Source: a virus (lineage: Duplodnaviria > Caudoviricetes). Taken from it: a DNA stretch of 64,000 bases. This document shows positions 1-9,711 of this stretch, piece after piece. The stretch lies in IMG/VR virus record IMGVR_UViG_3300028888_000001; one strand, 5' to 3'. The notes beneath the pieces are model-generated. The model was not told the DNA's origin. It did no database searches and worked only from the letters and a program-made list of their open reading frames with translations. How positions within the stretch are numbered: the stretch's first letter is position 1; the number at the start of each line of letters is the position of its first letter. The translations under genes were made by a program, and so were the position numbers.

Positions 1-1
1 T

Positions 2-2260
2 GATATTAGAGACGGACTAAAACCAGTACAAAGAAGAATCTTATATTGTATGTGGGAGGATGTTAAAGCAGTTTCCGAAGCCACAAAAAGAAAATCTGCA
101 AACACTACAGGTATGGTTATCGGTGCTTATCATCCACATAGTGCAGATGCTGTATATGGAGCTATGCAAGTAATGACTAACCACTGGGAAACAAAAGTTC
201 CATTACTTGTTTATGCATCATCATCTGGATCTATACAGGGTGGTCCTCAAGCTGCAAGTAGATATACAGAATCATATTTATCTCAGTTTGCATTAGATGT
301 AATTTTTGGAGATCTTATAGAGAGTCGAATGTCAGTAGACTGGGCTAAGACATTTGATAATCATACTACAGAGCCAGAGTTCTTACCAGTGAAAGTACCG
401 CTGCTTTTAGTGAATGGTTGCTTTTCAGTTGTTATTGGTAGAAAAATTGAGGTGCCAAAGCATAGCTTAAATGACGTTATAGACGCTACATTAGCAGTAC
501 TTCGAGATCCAAAAGCTAAAGTTATACTGATTCCTGATCCATGCCAAAAGTGCGAAGTGATTGACACTGATTGGAAGAAAATTTCTAATATGGGATTTGG
601 ATATTATACTCAGAGAGGTATAATAAAAATCACTCAAGATGATAGAGGTATTTATATAGTACATCTATTATCAATGCCAGATTTAATTACCGCAAACTCT
701 GTAGTTGATAAAATCCAATCTCTCATTAAAGAAAATAAATTACCACAAATTGCAGATATACAGGATCATTCATCTGCAGACGAATTGGATATATGGTTAG
801 TCTTAAAGAAAGGCTCAGATCCAGAGTATGTAAAACAAGTTCTTTATAAGCAGACAAGTATCCAAGACACAAAACGAGTAAATATGGAGGTCATCGATGA
901 AAATGAAATAAAGAGAGTTAGCTATAAAGCATATATAGCCTATTTTATTGAAAATAGAAAGATGGTAAAATTTAGAATATATAATGCTAGGCTACAGAAA
1001 GTAGAAACTCGCTTACATACTATAGAGACCTTTATTGCTATACTCGAAAGTGGTGATGTAGAAAAAATTATTCACGCTATAAGAAATCAAAAGCCGTCAG
1101 AGGAAGCTCAGCTTATAGATTGGCTTATGAAACGTTTGAAAATCACAGATCTTCAAGCTAAGTTTGTACTTAATACAGAGATCAAGAAACTCTCTAAAGG
1201 AAGCTTGAATAAATATAAAGAAGAGAGAAAAAATCTATTAGCTTTGAGAGAGCAATATATAAAGATGATTACGATCCCAGAGCTTATAAATAAAGAAATT
1301 GAAGATGAGCTTCTAGCCATCAAAGCTAAATATGGCAAACCTAGAAAGTCTATCGTAATTTCAGAAGCAGAGGCTTCAAATATTCCTCAGGGCACATTCA
1401 AGATAGTTGTTTATGAATCTGGTTATCTAAAGAAAATGGAAATTCAAGCACCTATCAAATCTTATAAAGGTGACAATCCAAAATGTATCACTGTAGGTGA
1501 TAACGATAAAGATCTACTGTTATTTGACGAAATGGGTAAAGTATTTAGATTACCAATACATAAAATCCCATTTACAGATAAAAATTCTCCGGGCGTAGAT
1601 ATTAGAATGATATTAAAGAAGCTTACAAGTAATATAACTTCAATTATATATCATCCAATACTAGAAACTCTTGCTAATAAGAAGTCTAAATACTTTATTA
1701 TCTCTATAACAAGATCTGGGCTTATAAAGAGAATGGACTTAGATGATATATTAAACGCTACTCCATCTGGTATTGTATATTCTAAGCTTAATAAAGATGA
1801 TTTTGTTAAAGACATCGTGGTTGCTAATATAAAATCAGATATTGTAATATATACGAAATCTAAAGCTCTTAGAATACCAATAGAAAATATACCTTACTTA
1901 AAGAGGTCTACTCTAGGCGCAGCATCTATGCGTGGGAATGATCCTATAGAGGGTATTAGCGTCATAACCTCAGATACTAAAGACGTTGTTATAGTAACCA
2001 CCAAAGGCAGATTTAATAGAATAATCCAATCTGCGCTTGAGCGTTCTCAACGTGGTAAAGGTGGATCTAGAGTAATTAAATTAGCTAAAGGTGATAATAT
2101 AATCAATGTGTTTACTTGTAGCCACGATACGTTAATTAGATGCGTACATATGGATGGTACAGTAACAGAAATTCAATCTTCTGCAGTAGCATTAGGATCA
2201 TCAGTATCTCAAGGGGAAAAACTTACTAAAGAAATAATTAAAGCAGAAGTCATATCATAA
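2..2260 (+). CDS. gyrA: Type IIA DNA topoisomerase subunit A (GyrA/ParC family), 5' end outside window
   Basis: Frame open from base 2 (DIRDGLKPVQRRILY), YHPH helix motif, catalytic AASRYTE, C-terminal beta-pinwheel-like repeats. Confidence 0.93.
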   Translation, partial: DIRDGLKPVQRRILYCMWEDVKAVSEATKRKSANTTGMVIGAYHPHSADAVYGAMQVMTNHWETKVPLLVYASSSGSIQGGPQAASRYTESYLSQFALDVIFGDLIESRMSVDWAKTFDNHTTEPEFLPVKVPLLLVNGCFSVVIGRKIEVPKHSLNDVIDATLAVLRDPKAKVILIPDPCQKCEVIDTDWKKISNMGFGYYTQRGIIKITQDDRGIYIVHLLSMPDLITANSVVDKIQSLIKENKLPQIADIQDHSSADELDIWLVLKKGSDPEYVKQVLYKQTSIQDTKRVNMEVIDENEIKRVSYKAYIAYFIENRKMVKFRIYNARLQKVETRLHTIETFIAILESGDVEKIIHAIRNQKPSEEAQLIDWLMKRLKITDLQAKFVLNTEIKKLSKGSLNKYKEERKNLLALREQYIKMITIPELINKEIEDELLAIKAKYGKPRKSIVISEAEASNIPQGTFKIVVYESGYLKKMEIQAPIKSYKGDNPKCITVGDNDKDLLLFDEMGKVFRLPIHKIPFTDKNSPGVDIRMILKKLTSNITSIIYHPILETLANKKSKYFIISITRSGLIKRMDLDDILNATPSGIVYSKLNKDDFVKDIVVANIKSDIVIYTKSKALRIPIENIPYLKRSTLGAASMRGNDPIEGISVITSDTKDVVIVTTKGRFNRIIQSALERSQRGKGGSRVIKLAKGDNIINVFTCSHDTLIRCVHMDGTVTEIQSSAVALGSSVSQGEKLTKEIIKAEVIS

Positions 2261-2373
2261 AAAATTATAATTTTACACATGATATAACAATATTGTAATC
2301 GGCCGAGAATAATTATGATACGTATAGTTGATTAATTATTCTCGCCGACCTTCCCCCGAAATTAATTTTTTAT

Positions 2374-2445
2374 AGGGCATTCGCCAAGCGGTAAGGCACA
2401 GCACTTTGACTGCTGCATGCACGTGTTCGAATCACGTATGCCCTG
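2374..2445 (+). tRNA. tRNA-Gln(TTG)
   Basis: AGGGCAT/ATGCCCT acceptor stem, GCCAAGCGGTAAGGC D-arm, CAGCA-CTTTGAC-TGCTG anticodon arm, GTTCGAATC T-loop; no encoded CCA. Confidence 0.95.
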
Positions 2446-2446
2446 C

Positions 2447-3067
2447 TAAGAGACATGAGATAAGATAATAAGATTTTTGCCAATAGGCGTCCGGTTAATT
2501 GGAAGCTTTATGTGTATAAGCTTCAGGGGAAATTGCCGGGCGATAGTAGGATTGGATGAATCGAGTTGAAGTTTTCTAATTAACTACGTGAATATTAATT
2601 AGAAAGTCATTTTGGTAGGATTGCAACTCTTTACAAGTAAAAACTAAAAGTCTTGACAGCTATGGTATATATTTGTCGAGTGAGGGCCGTAGTGACGAAA
2701 CGAAACTCATAGTCGACGTTGCCAAACAGCGAAGTTTGTGTCTTATTATAACTGCATGAAAGGCGTCATGTAAGTTAAAATCGCGAAGTAAGCGCAAGAG
2801 TGGCTAGGCAACAAATTAGGGTGTATACTATCTGAAGTAAGAAATACTATATAATAGGAAGTTAAGTTTTGTTCAAGATTTTGGTTGTCTTCCGCTGACT
2901 TGTATCGTATAAATAAATTTAGTTGGTTCTAACGGATGATATTCAACTTTCAGTCACGTACGTAAACGACATAAAGATACATTAGCTGTAAGGTGTTATA
3001 TCACGTAACAATAATGTATCAAGTTCGAATAGAATTCTACTGGTTATTGTCTTATCTTGTTCTCTTA
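2447..3067 (+). ncRNA. Large structured non-coding RNA, ROOL/GOLLD-like candidate
   Basis: No ORF; 5' end 2447-2471 complementary to 3' end 3044-3067; several hairpins and long-range complementarities; flanked by tRNAs. Confidence 0.6.
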
Positions 3068-3151
3068 AGACAGCTGTCTTTTTGGTGCGGTTGTGATAGA
3101 CAGCAGTGAGGCTAATCGCACGCGGGGCGAATCAAATGAATCGCCCCATGC

Positions 3152-3235
3152 GCCCGATTGACGGAATTGGTATACGTAACGGACTTAAAATCCGTGGTCC
3201 TATATGACATGTGGGTTCGAGTCCCACATCGGGCA
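3152..3235 (+). tRNA. tRNA-Leu(TAA)
   Basis: GCCCGAT/ATCGGGC acceptor stem, ACGGA-CTTAAAA-TCCGT anticodon arm, long variable arm, GTTCGAGTC T-loop. Confidence 0.95.
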
Positions 3236-3272
3236 TTATAAATATCATTTGTTTGTTTTTATTCTCCTAAAT

Positions 3273-3309
3273 TCCTCTAGGCTTTTATAGCCTAGAGGAG
3301 TTAATTTTG
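3273..3309 (+). terminator. Intrinsic terminator of tRNA/ncRNA transcript
   Basis: TCCTCTAGGC-TTTTATA-GCCTAGAGGA hairpin followed by a T-rich tract. Confidence 0.7.
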
Positions 3310-3387
3310 CTTTTAGTTGTATATTATAAAATTGATGCTAATATAATAATAAATATATTTACATGATTAAACTCTTTAGGAGGGAGT

Positions 3388-3564
3388 ATGAAATTCAAAA
3401 ATTTTACTTATAAGATGAAAAAAGAATTATCTAAAAAGCTTAAAGATATTAACTTAGATGATTATGGGTATTCTAAAAATACACCAGAGTTTATTGAACT
3501 TATAAACAGACAAACTGGAGAAAGAAAGGTGATTTATAAAGATGCTAATTCCATTAGAGTCTGA
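3388..3564 (+). CDS. Small hypothetical protein (58 aa, not in ORF track)
   Basis: AGGAGG RBS before ATG, early-type promoter at 3317; MKFKNFTYKMKKEL...NSIRV. Confidence 0.6.
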   Translation: MKFKNFTYKMKKELSKKLKDINLDDYGYSKNTPEFIELINRQTGERKVIYKDANSIRV

Positions 3565-4330
3565 AGATGGTAAGGTTAAACTATTTAACGATAAACAAAA
3601 GCACACTATATTATTTTGTAGCAGCGGAGTAATTAGTACGTATCTAATTAAGAAAACTTTCAAAAAAATAAAGCGAGAAAAAGAACCGTGGAATCATTAT
3701 CTTCATATAGTAATATGCAAGAATGACATTACTGATGATAATGTAATCTCTATACAATCAGAAATAAATAGATTAAAAGAGCACTTTGGAGAGAATATGT
3801 TTAATCCTAAAGTAACTCTCATAGGAGAATCCTTTAGAGATGTAAACGATTGGTTAGCTAAATTTGTACACGATTATTATAGCGATTTATCAATAGCGAA
3901 TTTAAATATTATTGTAGGGCTCACAAAATTCGGTTTCGAAGAAATTAAAACCGGAGATGAAGCTATAGATAAGAGTATAGAATATCCATTCAAAGATATG
4001 TGGCGTCACGATGTTTTAAGAAAAATAATCACCACAGAAAGAGATATTCTCGATAGAACTATCATATGCGAAAACCCTAAGCAAGATAAAAAGTTCTGCG
4101 GTGAGTGCAGAACTTGTAGAAATCTAGAATTGGATTTAGCAATGATTTATGCTGAGCAACCAAATGATGAAGTTATAGCTGATTTTGTTAAAGATTATTA
4201 TAAGAAAATCTTTAACAAGCCTCTAAGACATATGCAAGCAGCATACACTGAAGCTAGAGGACCATTTTTAATAGATTATCAAAAACAGCAAACACCAAAA
4301 ATCAAACCAATTATGAATATGAGGAATTAA
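3542..4330 (+). CDS. Divergent QueC-like (PP-loop) protein
   Basis: ILFCSSGVIST resembles the LFSGGLDST PP-loop; C-x9-CGECRTC resembles the QueC zinc site. Confidence 0.55.
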   Translation: MLIPLESEDGKVKLFNDKQKHTILFCSSGVISTYLIKKTFKKIKREKEPWNHYLHIVICKNDITDDNVISIQSEINRLKEHFGENMFNPKVTLIGESFRDVNDWLAKFVHDYYSDLSIANLNIIVGLTKFGFEEIKTGDEAIDKSIEYPFKDMWRHDVLRKIITTERDILDRTIICENPKQDKKFCGECRTCRNLELDLAMIYAEQPNDEVIADFVKDYYKKIFNKPLRHMQAAYTEARGPFLIDYQKQQTPKIKPIMNMRN

Positions 4331-4334
4331 TATT

Positions 4335-4973
4335 ATGCCAAATATAGTAAACTGGACTATAGCAGCTCAAGGTAATTTTAGAAATGTAGACCAATTCATA
4401 CAGATCTTAAACAATGATTATGATAAAATCCATATGTATAGAATATTTTCAGCAGATGTTGGAATTAATAATACATATGGATTACAGCGTAAAGTAACAA
4501 TTTATGGCGAATGTGCATGGAGCGTATATGTCTGCATGTTTGAGGGCCCATTCTCGTATTATACTGAAGACTTAGCATGGCGAAAGAAAAATAAAGATAC
4601 CACTCCATTTACTGGAACGACGTTGCCTAGACTGGCGAAAATGCTATGTCTAGATATATCTGTATATTCACAAGAGCCAGGTATGTGTTTCTGTGAAGCT
4701 TATAGTATAAATAGATTAGGCCAAATACTAGTTAACAAAGAAGGCTACTTTGAATCTTATTATATAGAAGACCCAAACTATTCTTTTGATGAATTCTGTG
4801 AAGATTGGAATTATGATAAAGAAAAGCTTCCATTCAATGAGGAGCAATATAACTCAATGGTTCAAAATGGTCAAGAATGCTATGAACGTGCAGAGTTTGA
4901 ATTTGAAGATTTTTATCGATTTCCAAGAAATCAGATGATTAATCTAGTAATGACAGAAGGGATAAAAAAATAA
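4335..4973 (+). CDS. Hypothetical protein (possible YubB/DUF1281 ferredoxin-like fold)
   Basis: MPN start, CAWS and YSQEPGMCF motifs. Confidence 0.55.
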   Translation: MPNIVNWTIAAQGNFRNVDQFIQILNNDYDKIHMYRIFSADVGINNTYGLQRKVTIYGECAWSVYVCMFEGPFSYYTEDLAWRKKNKDTTPFTGTTLPRLAKMLCLDISVYSQEPGMCFCEAYSINRLGQILVNKEGYFESYYIEDPNYSFDEFCEDWNYDKEKLPFNEEQYNSMVQNGQECYERAEFEFEDFYRFPRNQMINLVMTEGIKK

Positions 4974-4974
4974 T

Positions 4975-5580
4975 ATGCTTGTTAAAGATCAAATACTTGC
5001 AAACGATAGAATTAAAATAGACAATATAGCGTTGACTATAAATAGAAAAGAATTGGAGTATGCACAGTATATCCAATACCACAAGTACAACGTGAGCTAC
5101 ATGTGGATTAAATATAGAGACGCTATATCTTCAGCATTAGAGCTTACTGATACTGATGAAGAACGAGTTGAAATGAGAGTCATATTCCACGATAATTCTA
5201 AATTTGGAGTAGAGGAGTTTAATGGTTACAGAATGGCTTTCTATCCTATACTTGAAGAATTCACTGCTCTTGAGCTTAATAATCAAAAGAACGTAGATAA
5301 AATTTTACAATCTGCATGGGAGCATCACTATAAGCACAATGATCATCATCCAGAATATTATGTCGATGATAATGGAGTCGCTAGTGAAATTCCCAAGGTA
5401 GCTGTCGCAGAGATGATACTTGATTGGTTAGCTATGGCGTTCCAGAACAGCACTAAGATTTATATATGGTGGGAGATAGTTAAAAATACTAAGTTTATTC
5501 TTCATCAAAACAGCAGAGCGCTTATAGAAAAAACAATTAAAGCCATTAAAGAATTTGATATCTATATAGGCGAATATTAA
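4975..5580 (+). CDS. DUF5662-like HD-type protein
   Basis: HDNSKF..EEF, AWEHHYKHNDHHPEY, EMILDW motifs. Confidence 0.75.
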   Translation: MLVKDQILANDRIKIDNIALTINRKELEYAQYIQYHKYNVSYMWIKYRDAISSALELTDTDEERVEMRVIFHDNSKFGVEEFNGYRMAFYPILEEFTALELNNQKNVDKILQSAWEHHYKHNDHHPEYYVDDNGVASEIPKVAVAEMILDWLAMAFQNSTKIYIWWEIVKNTKFILHQNSRALIEKTIKAIKEFDIYIGEY

Positions 5581-5717
5581 ATATATAATACTGCTGGGAT
5601 TACTCCCAGCAGTATTATTTTTTGTAAAAGTATTATAGTTTAATTATATACTATATCGGTAACAAACAAGAGAATGGCAACTGGATAAGCCAATAAACCA
5701 GTAGAAAGGAATATAAA

Positions 5718-6113
5718 ATGAAGAAGTTTATGTTTATGGTTATGATAGTTCTTATGTTTGTAGCTATTACGTCAGTAGGTGATAATAGCGTAGTTGAGCA
5801 GCCCACGTACAAAGTAAACGCGGGACGTGGAATCCTTTGTCTCCAAGCAGCTTGGGACGGGGATAATTATTATGAGGTTGCTCCGTGCATGCAGTGCGGA
5901 GCTGGCGCAGACAGCTTAGTATTGCCGGCGCACGTATATTATGACCTTGAGAAGGGAACAATCAAATTTAACGAAGATCGTTTCAAAGGGATCGAATCAC
6001 ACATTCCCAACATGATCATTGCGTGGTGCGATGAATGGGAATTAGTAGAAAATCCTGAGCTTATTAGAGAGCTTAGGAATGCAGCTGAATATTTCGCTGC
6101 ATATTACTGCTGA
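5718..6113 (+). CDS. Hypothetical secreted/membrane protein
   Basis: RBS, N-terminal hydrophobic signal, own promoter and terminator. Confidence 0.7.
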   Translation: MKKFMFMVMIVLMFVAITSVGDNSVVEQPTYKVNAGRGILCLQAAWDGDNYYEVAPCMQCGAGADSLVLPAHVYYDLEKGTIKFNEDRFKGIESHIPNMIIAWCDEWELVENPELIRELRNAAEYFAAYYC

Positions 6114-6120
6114 TTGTGTA

Positions 6121-6162
6121 GGGGGCTTTCGAGCCCCCGCCCTTCGGGGTTATTTATTTTTT
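6121..6162 (+). repeat. Dispersed tandem-hairpin terminator repeat
   Basis: GGGGGCTTTCGAGCCCCC-GCCCTTCGGGGT-TATTTATTTTT; identical copy at 9718, variants at 7672 and about 49362-49398 (minus). Confidence 0.85.
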
Positions 6163-7337
6163 TATTTATTTGCTTTCTGGGTGACTAAACTGAAGTATGC
6201 ATTTATAGCTCTATAATATGCTGATTCTGTTGCTAGTCTGGATCTTCTTCTAGTAAAGTTTTCTGAGTTGTTTACTAGAATTTTATCAAGCAAGTCTTTC
6301 TTCTTTAATACATATTTATCTTTAGAATTTGGTGTTGGTTTTATGCTATAGGATATAAATGATATGTCTCTAATGTCTTTAGACTTGCTATCTCTAAAGT
6401 ATAAGCTTATGAGTATAGTAATATATTCTTTTATCAAGAGCTCATTATCTTTATTAGAAAATATATTCTCTAGTATACTTTTAAGCTCATCAAATTTTAT
6501 ATACTCATTACAAGAAACTTTACAACTTGGGTAATCTATACCTTTATTGGAGATATACGATAAAGCATTATCTAAAGCTCGTTGAGCTTTAAAAGCATCA
6601 TTATCGGCAATATGATAATTATCGTCAGATACATCATCAGTGTCATAAGCGATATAAATATTTTTATCCTGATATGCCTTATAGTATACAGTAGCAATAT
6701 TATTCATAAATGAATTAATTCTATTCCTAAGTTGTTGTAATAAATATGTGCAATCTTCATCGTTAAAACTATTAAATCTCTCTGGATAGGCTGTTATCCA
6801 TGTATTAGTAACAGACTTTATAGCATTAATTACATTCCCGTATTTAATGATATCATACTTATTACTAAGCATATTGTTGATCACATAATCCATTACGTAT
6901 TCAGCTGGCTCAAATCTAAATGATTTATAGAACACGCTAGGATACATTTTACCAGAAAATGACATATTTATTTCTGATATTTCTAGTTCTTTATCCATTT
7001 TATTTTTTATAAAATATCTCACTACGCATAGCAATGCTATAGTAGATTCATCTTTAGCGTATGACGGATTAAAGTTTGGTATCTTATAATAATAAGTATT
7101 CTTGATTGCTTCTTTTATGACTTTCTTATCTACTCCTGAAGATCTGAAGAAATTTTCTACATCTTCATTCGAGTAGTATATCTGTTTTGATGGCATATAA
7201 GAATATAACTCTTTTTGTTTCTTCTGTATAAACTTGCCAACGAATTGTTTATACTTATTAATATTATTTTTATTACTAAACGCTTCTTCTATTTCTTTAT
7301 AAGCCATATCTAATATAGCAGTCGTTTCTGTGTTCAT
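6162..7337 (-). CDS. Hypothetical protein, late-promoter gene
   Basis: 391-aa ORF, GGAGG RBS, GACA-N6-TAAT motif at 7361-7374. Confidence 0.8.
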   Translation of the reverse strand: MNTETTAILDMAYKEIEEAFSNKNNINKYKQFVGKFIQKKQKELYSYMPSKQIYYSNEDVENFFRSSGVDKKVIKEAIKNTYYYKIPNFNPSYAKDESTIALLCVVRYFIKNKMDKELEISEINMSFSGKMYPSVFYKSFRFEPAEYVMDYVINNMLSNKYDIIKYGNVINAIKSVTNTWITAYPERFNSFNDEDCTYLLQQLRNRINSFMNNIATVYYKAYQDKNIYIAYDTDDVSDDNYHIADNDAFKAQRALDNALSYISNKGIDYPSCKVSCNEYIKFDELKSILENIFSNKDNELLIKEYITILISLYFRDSKSKDIRDISFISYSIKPTPNSKDKYVLKKKDLLDKILVNNSENFTRRRSRLATESAYYRAINAYFSLVTQKANK

Positions 7338-7360
7338 TCTCTATGATCCTCCTGGATATT

Positions 7361-7374
7361 ATTATAGGAATGTC
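7361..7374 (-). promoter_or_regulatory. Late-type promoter motif ACA-N6-TAA (representative copy)
   Basis: Also at 2286, 9773, 15031, 18473, 23378, 29937, 37555, 61072 (+) and 34106, 34291, 48539, 49328, 52816, 56357 (-); matches the AR9 late consensus AACA-N6-TA. Confidence 0.75.
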
Positions 7375-7493
7375 GAGCAGATAATGTAAAATTTATTTAT
7401 AATAATTATATATTACTCATGAATAAGCAAGCAGAAAGCTTATTCATAAATATTTGTTCAAGGGCCAAACGAGCCCGGAAAGGTAGGAATAAA

Positions 7494-7661
7494 ATGATCA
7501 ATCTTAAGAAAGAAGAATTTGTTGAGGTAACTTCAAAAGCAGCAGGAAAAGCATTCGATGCGGCTGAGTACGCATATCGCAAACTCAGCACTGTAATGGA
7601 CGGTGTCCAGAAGACTGCTAAGAAGCAGGTAGATGCCATCGAGCGCCTTACCAAGAAGTAA
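7494..7661 (+). CDS. Small hypothetical early protein (55 aa)
   Basis: Start reassigned to ATG 7494 after GAAAGGTAGG; own promoter, leader hairpin and terminator. Confidence 0.7.
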   Translation: MINLKKEEFVEVTSKAAGKAFDAAEYAYRKLSTVMDGVQKTAKKQVDAIERLTKK

Positions 7662-7839
7662 TTCAACAAATTGGGGAGCTTCGGCTCCCCCGCCTTCGGG
7701 CGGTTCTTTTTTAATAAAAATATTATATACCCACACTAGTTCGTCTCATTTTTTATATAAATTCGTTTTTGACGTTTTATACCTATTTATTCATACCATT
7801 TTTAATATGATTAGGCTTTGTGTTTTGTTTAAAAATCAA

Positions 7840-7851
7840 TTATATATTATA
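7840..7851 (+). promoter_or_regulatory. Early-type promoter motif TTRTATATTATA (representative copy)
   Basis: Exact or near copies at 3317, 5644, 7406, 8154, 16838, 34078, 44344, 52859, 61824 (+) and 40749, 49744, 61026 (-), intergenic and upstream of genes; resembles phiKZ early TATATTAC. Confidence 0.7.
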
Positions 7852-7897
7852 ATAAAGAGTAAGTAAATTACTCAAATATACTTAAAGGAGAATTAAA

Positions 7898-8083
7898 ATG
7901 CAGGAAAGAGAAAAACTAATCAACAGATTTAGCGGATATGAAAAAATAATCTCCATCAAGCAGGAAATAATGAAAGAGAAAGAAATAGATGATTTAGAAT
8001 TTTTCTTTCATCATCTTGCTTTGTTGGAGTTATATGAGAAAGAGATAGAGATACTCTCTCTTATCTGCGGCTTTAAAGAATAA
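7898..8083 (+). CDS. Hypothetical protein
   Basis: AAGGAG RBS, promoter and terminator flanks. Confidence 0.7.
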   Translation: MQEREKLINRFSGYEKIISIKQEIMKEKEIDDLEFFFHHLALLELYEKEIEILSLICGFKE

Positions 8084-8237
8084 AAAGAAGGGAGGTATAA
8101 AAACCTCCCTTCTAAGCTTTAATTTATTTTATTTTTAGTAAATTTAGTTTTGGTTATATATTATATATTTAGATAGATACGGGAAAATCTATCATACTAT
8201 CAATCAAAGGGAGTAAAAATAAGAAAGGGGAACAAAA

Positions 8238-8816
8238 ATGAAACTTATTAATCTTATTTCAAACAACAAAACCGAAGAAAAGAAGCATTACATTATCTCA
8301 AAAAGACTTGGCATCGAAGAGTGGGAGATGATGCTAAGACTTCAGCAGTATTTTTCAGAAGAAGACGCAGCGGCAATTATTCGGAAAGCTAAAGATCGAA
8401 ATGAAAGTAATTATACGTTTAACAAATTCGCTGTAGTATATAGCGAAATCTATATGTCATATAGCGTATTCGTTCTGGATAAAAAATTTAATAAGCTTGT
8501 GGAAGACATTGAGCTTCCAGGCAATTCAGTTAGACCGCCAAGAACCGTTAGGACATTCGTTGAAGAGCTTGTAATGTATAATGGTTCTAGGCTTGAAGCT
8601 GGAGATGTGGATTATCTGCTTAATTGTAGATTGATCTCTAAGAGAAGCGATGCGAATAAAAATTCCACCGCTAATCTTATTTGGACTTTGGTCAGAACGC
8701 TCATTGATAATCAGAGGGAAAATCGTAATCTTAAGCGTACTGTTAAAGGTTGCGAATTCCAGATTGAGAGAATGAAAGAGCAGATCAAAGAATTGAAAAA
8801 GAAAGGGGAACAATAA
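8238..8816 (+). CDS. Hypothetical protein with C-terminal coiled coil
   Basis: RBS, 192-aa ORF. Confidence 0.75.
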   Translation: MKLINLISNNKTEEKKHYIISKRLGIEEWEMMLRLQQYFSEEDAAAIIRKAKDRNESNYTFNKFAVVYSEIYMSYSVFVLDKKFNKLVEDIELPGNSVRPPRTVRTFVEELVMYNGSRLEAGDVDYLLNCRLISKRSDANKNSTANLIWTLVRTLIDNQRENRNLKRTVKGCEFQIERMKEQIKELKKKGEQ

Positions 8817-8819
8817 ACA

Positions 8820-9326
8820 ATGAGAGTGTTTGCATTAACAAAATTCGGTGAAGTAAATCTTGCTAGACGTATTGTCGGCGGCTTGAGAATAGTTGACAAT
8901 TTTATGGTGTTTAAAAATAAAGAATCTTTGATGAGATATTATAATAACCAAGATTCATATGCTTTAAACAAATATTATATAGAGCACTTTGATGTGAATA
9001 CAGATTATGGACGAGTAAAACAAAATACCATTTATATTAGCAGTCTGTATCTTGGTTATGATTATAATTATGCTAGCGGCAGTATATACGACGTTCAGTA
9101 TAAAGATCCAAGATTCTATAGCTCTATCATAGGACTGAAATCTGAATCTCATCTATTTCACAAAGCCCAGATTATGAGGAATAAATCTGAGTACAAGATA
9201 AACGAAACTGATGACCATATTTGGATTGAAGACGATATATATGGTAAGGGGTTAAACGGCATATTCTTCGATGATGTGATGGCCGGAAAATTCAAATATG
9301 ACATATTAAAAGTTACTATAGTTTAA
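8820..9326 (+). CDS. Hypothetical protein
   Basis: Operonic with upstream ORF, AGGGG RBS. Confidence 0.75.
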   Translation: MRVFALTKFGEVNLARRIVGGLRIVDNFMVFKNKESLMRYYNNQDSYALNKYYIEHFDVNTDYGRVKQNTIYISSLYLGYDYNYASGSIYDVQYKDPRFYSSIIGLKSESHLFHKAQIMRNKSEYKINETDDHIWIEDDIYGKGLNGIFFDDVMAGKFKYDILKVTIV

Positions 9327-9417
9327 ATGTAAATTTCCTCTTTTTTAACTATATAATATATACGTAGATAAGCAAGGGGAGCTTATCAAAATATAATAAA
9401 TAAAGGGGAATAAAAAA

Positions 9418-9711
9418 ATGAAAAAAGAAAACAAGTATATGGCGAAGATAGATGAAGCAACCTACAGAAAAATAGTCCGCGAATATTATCGCAGAAAAAG
9501 AATTCGTAGAGGTTGCGAAATAATCTCTAAAATCACAATGGGTTTGGCATTTCCAGGATTAGTGGGAATGTACATGTTCATGTTTTCAAAGATATTCCTG
9601 GTATACACGCCAGAAGAAGAGTCAATGGCGTGTATAATCGGAATCATCGCGTCTATATTAGGCGTGGTGTCAATCATCATCGATCCCAACAGGATCGATG
9701 ATGAGCATTAA
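9418..9711 (+). CDS. Small two-TM membrane protein
   Basis: Basic N-terminus then two hydrophobic segments. Confidence 0.7.
   Translation: MKKENKYMAKIDEATYRKIVREYYRRKRIRRGCEIISKITMGLAFPGLVGMYMFMFSKIFLVYTPEEESMACIIGIIASILGVVSIIIDPNRIDDEH

Noticed and set aside
3073-3121. HDV-like/theta ribozyme
   Set aside because: P1/P2 topology and GCTAA are suggestive, but there is no room for P3/L3; kept only as an unclassified pseudoknot
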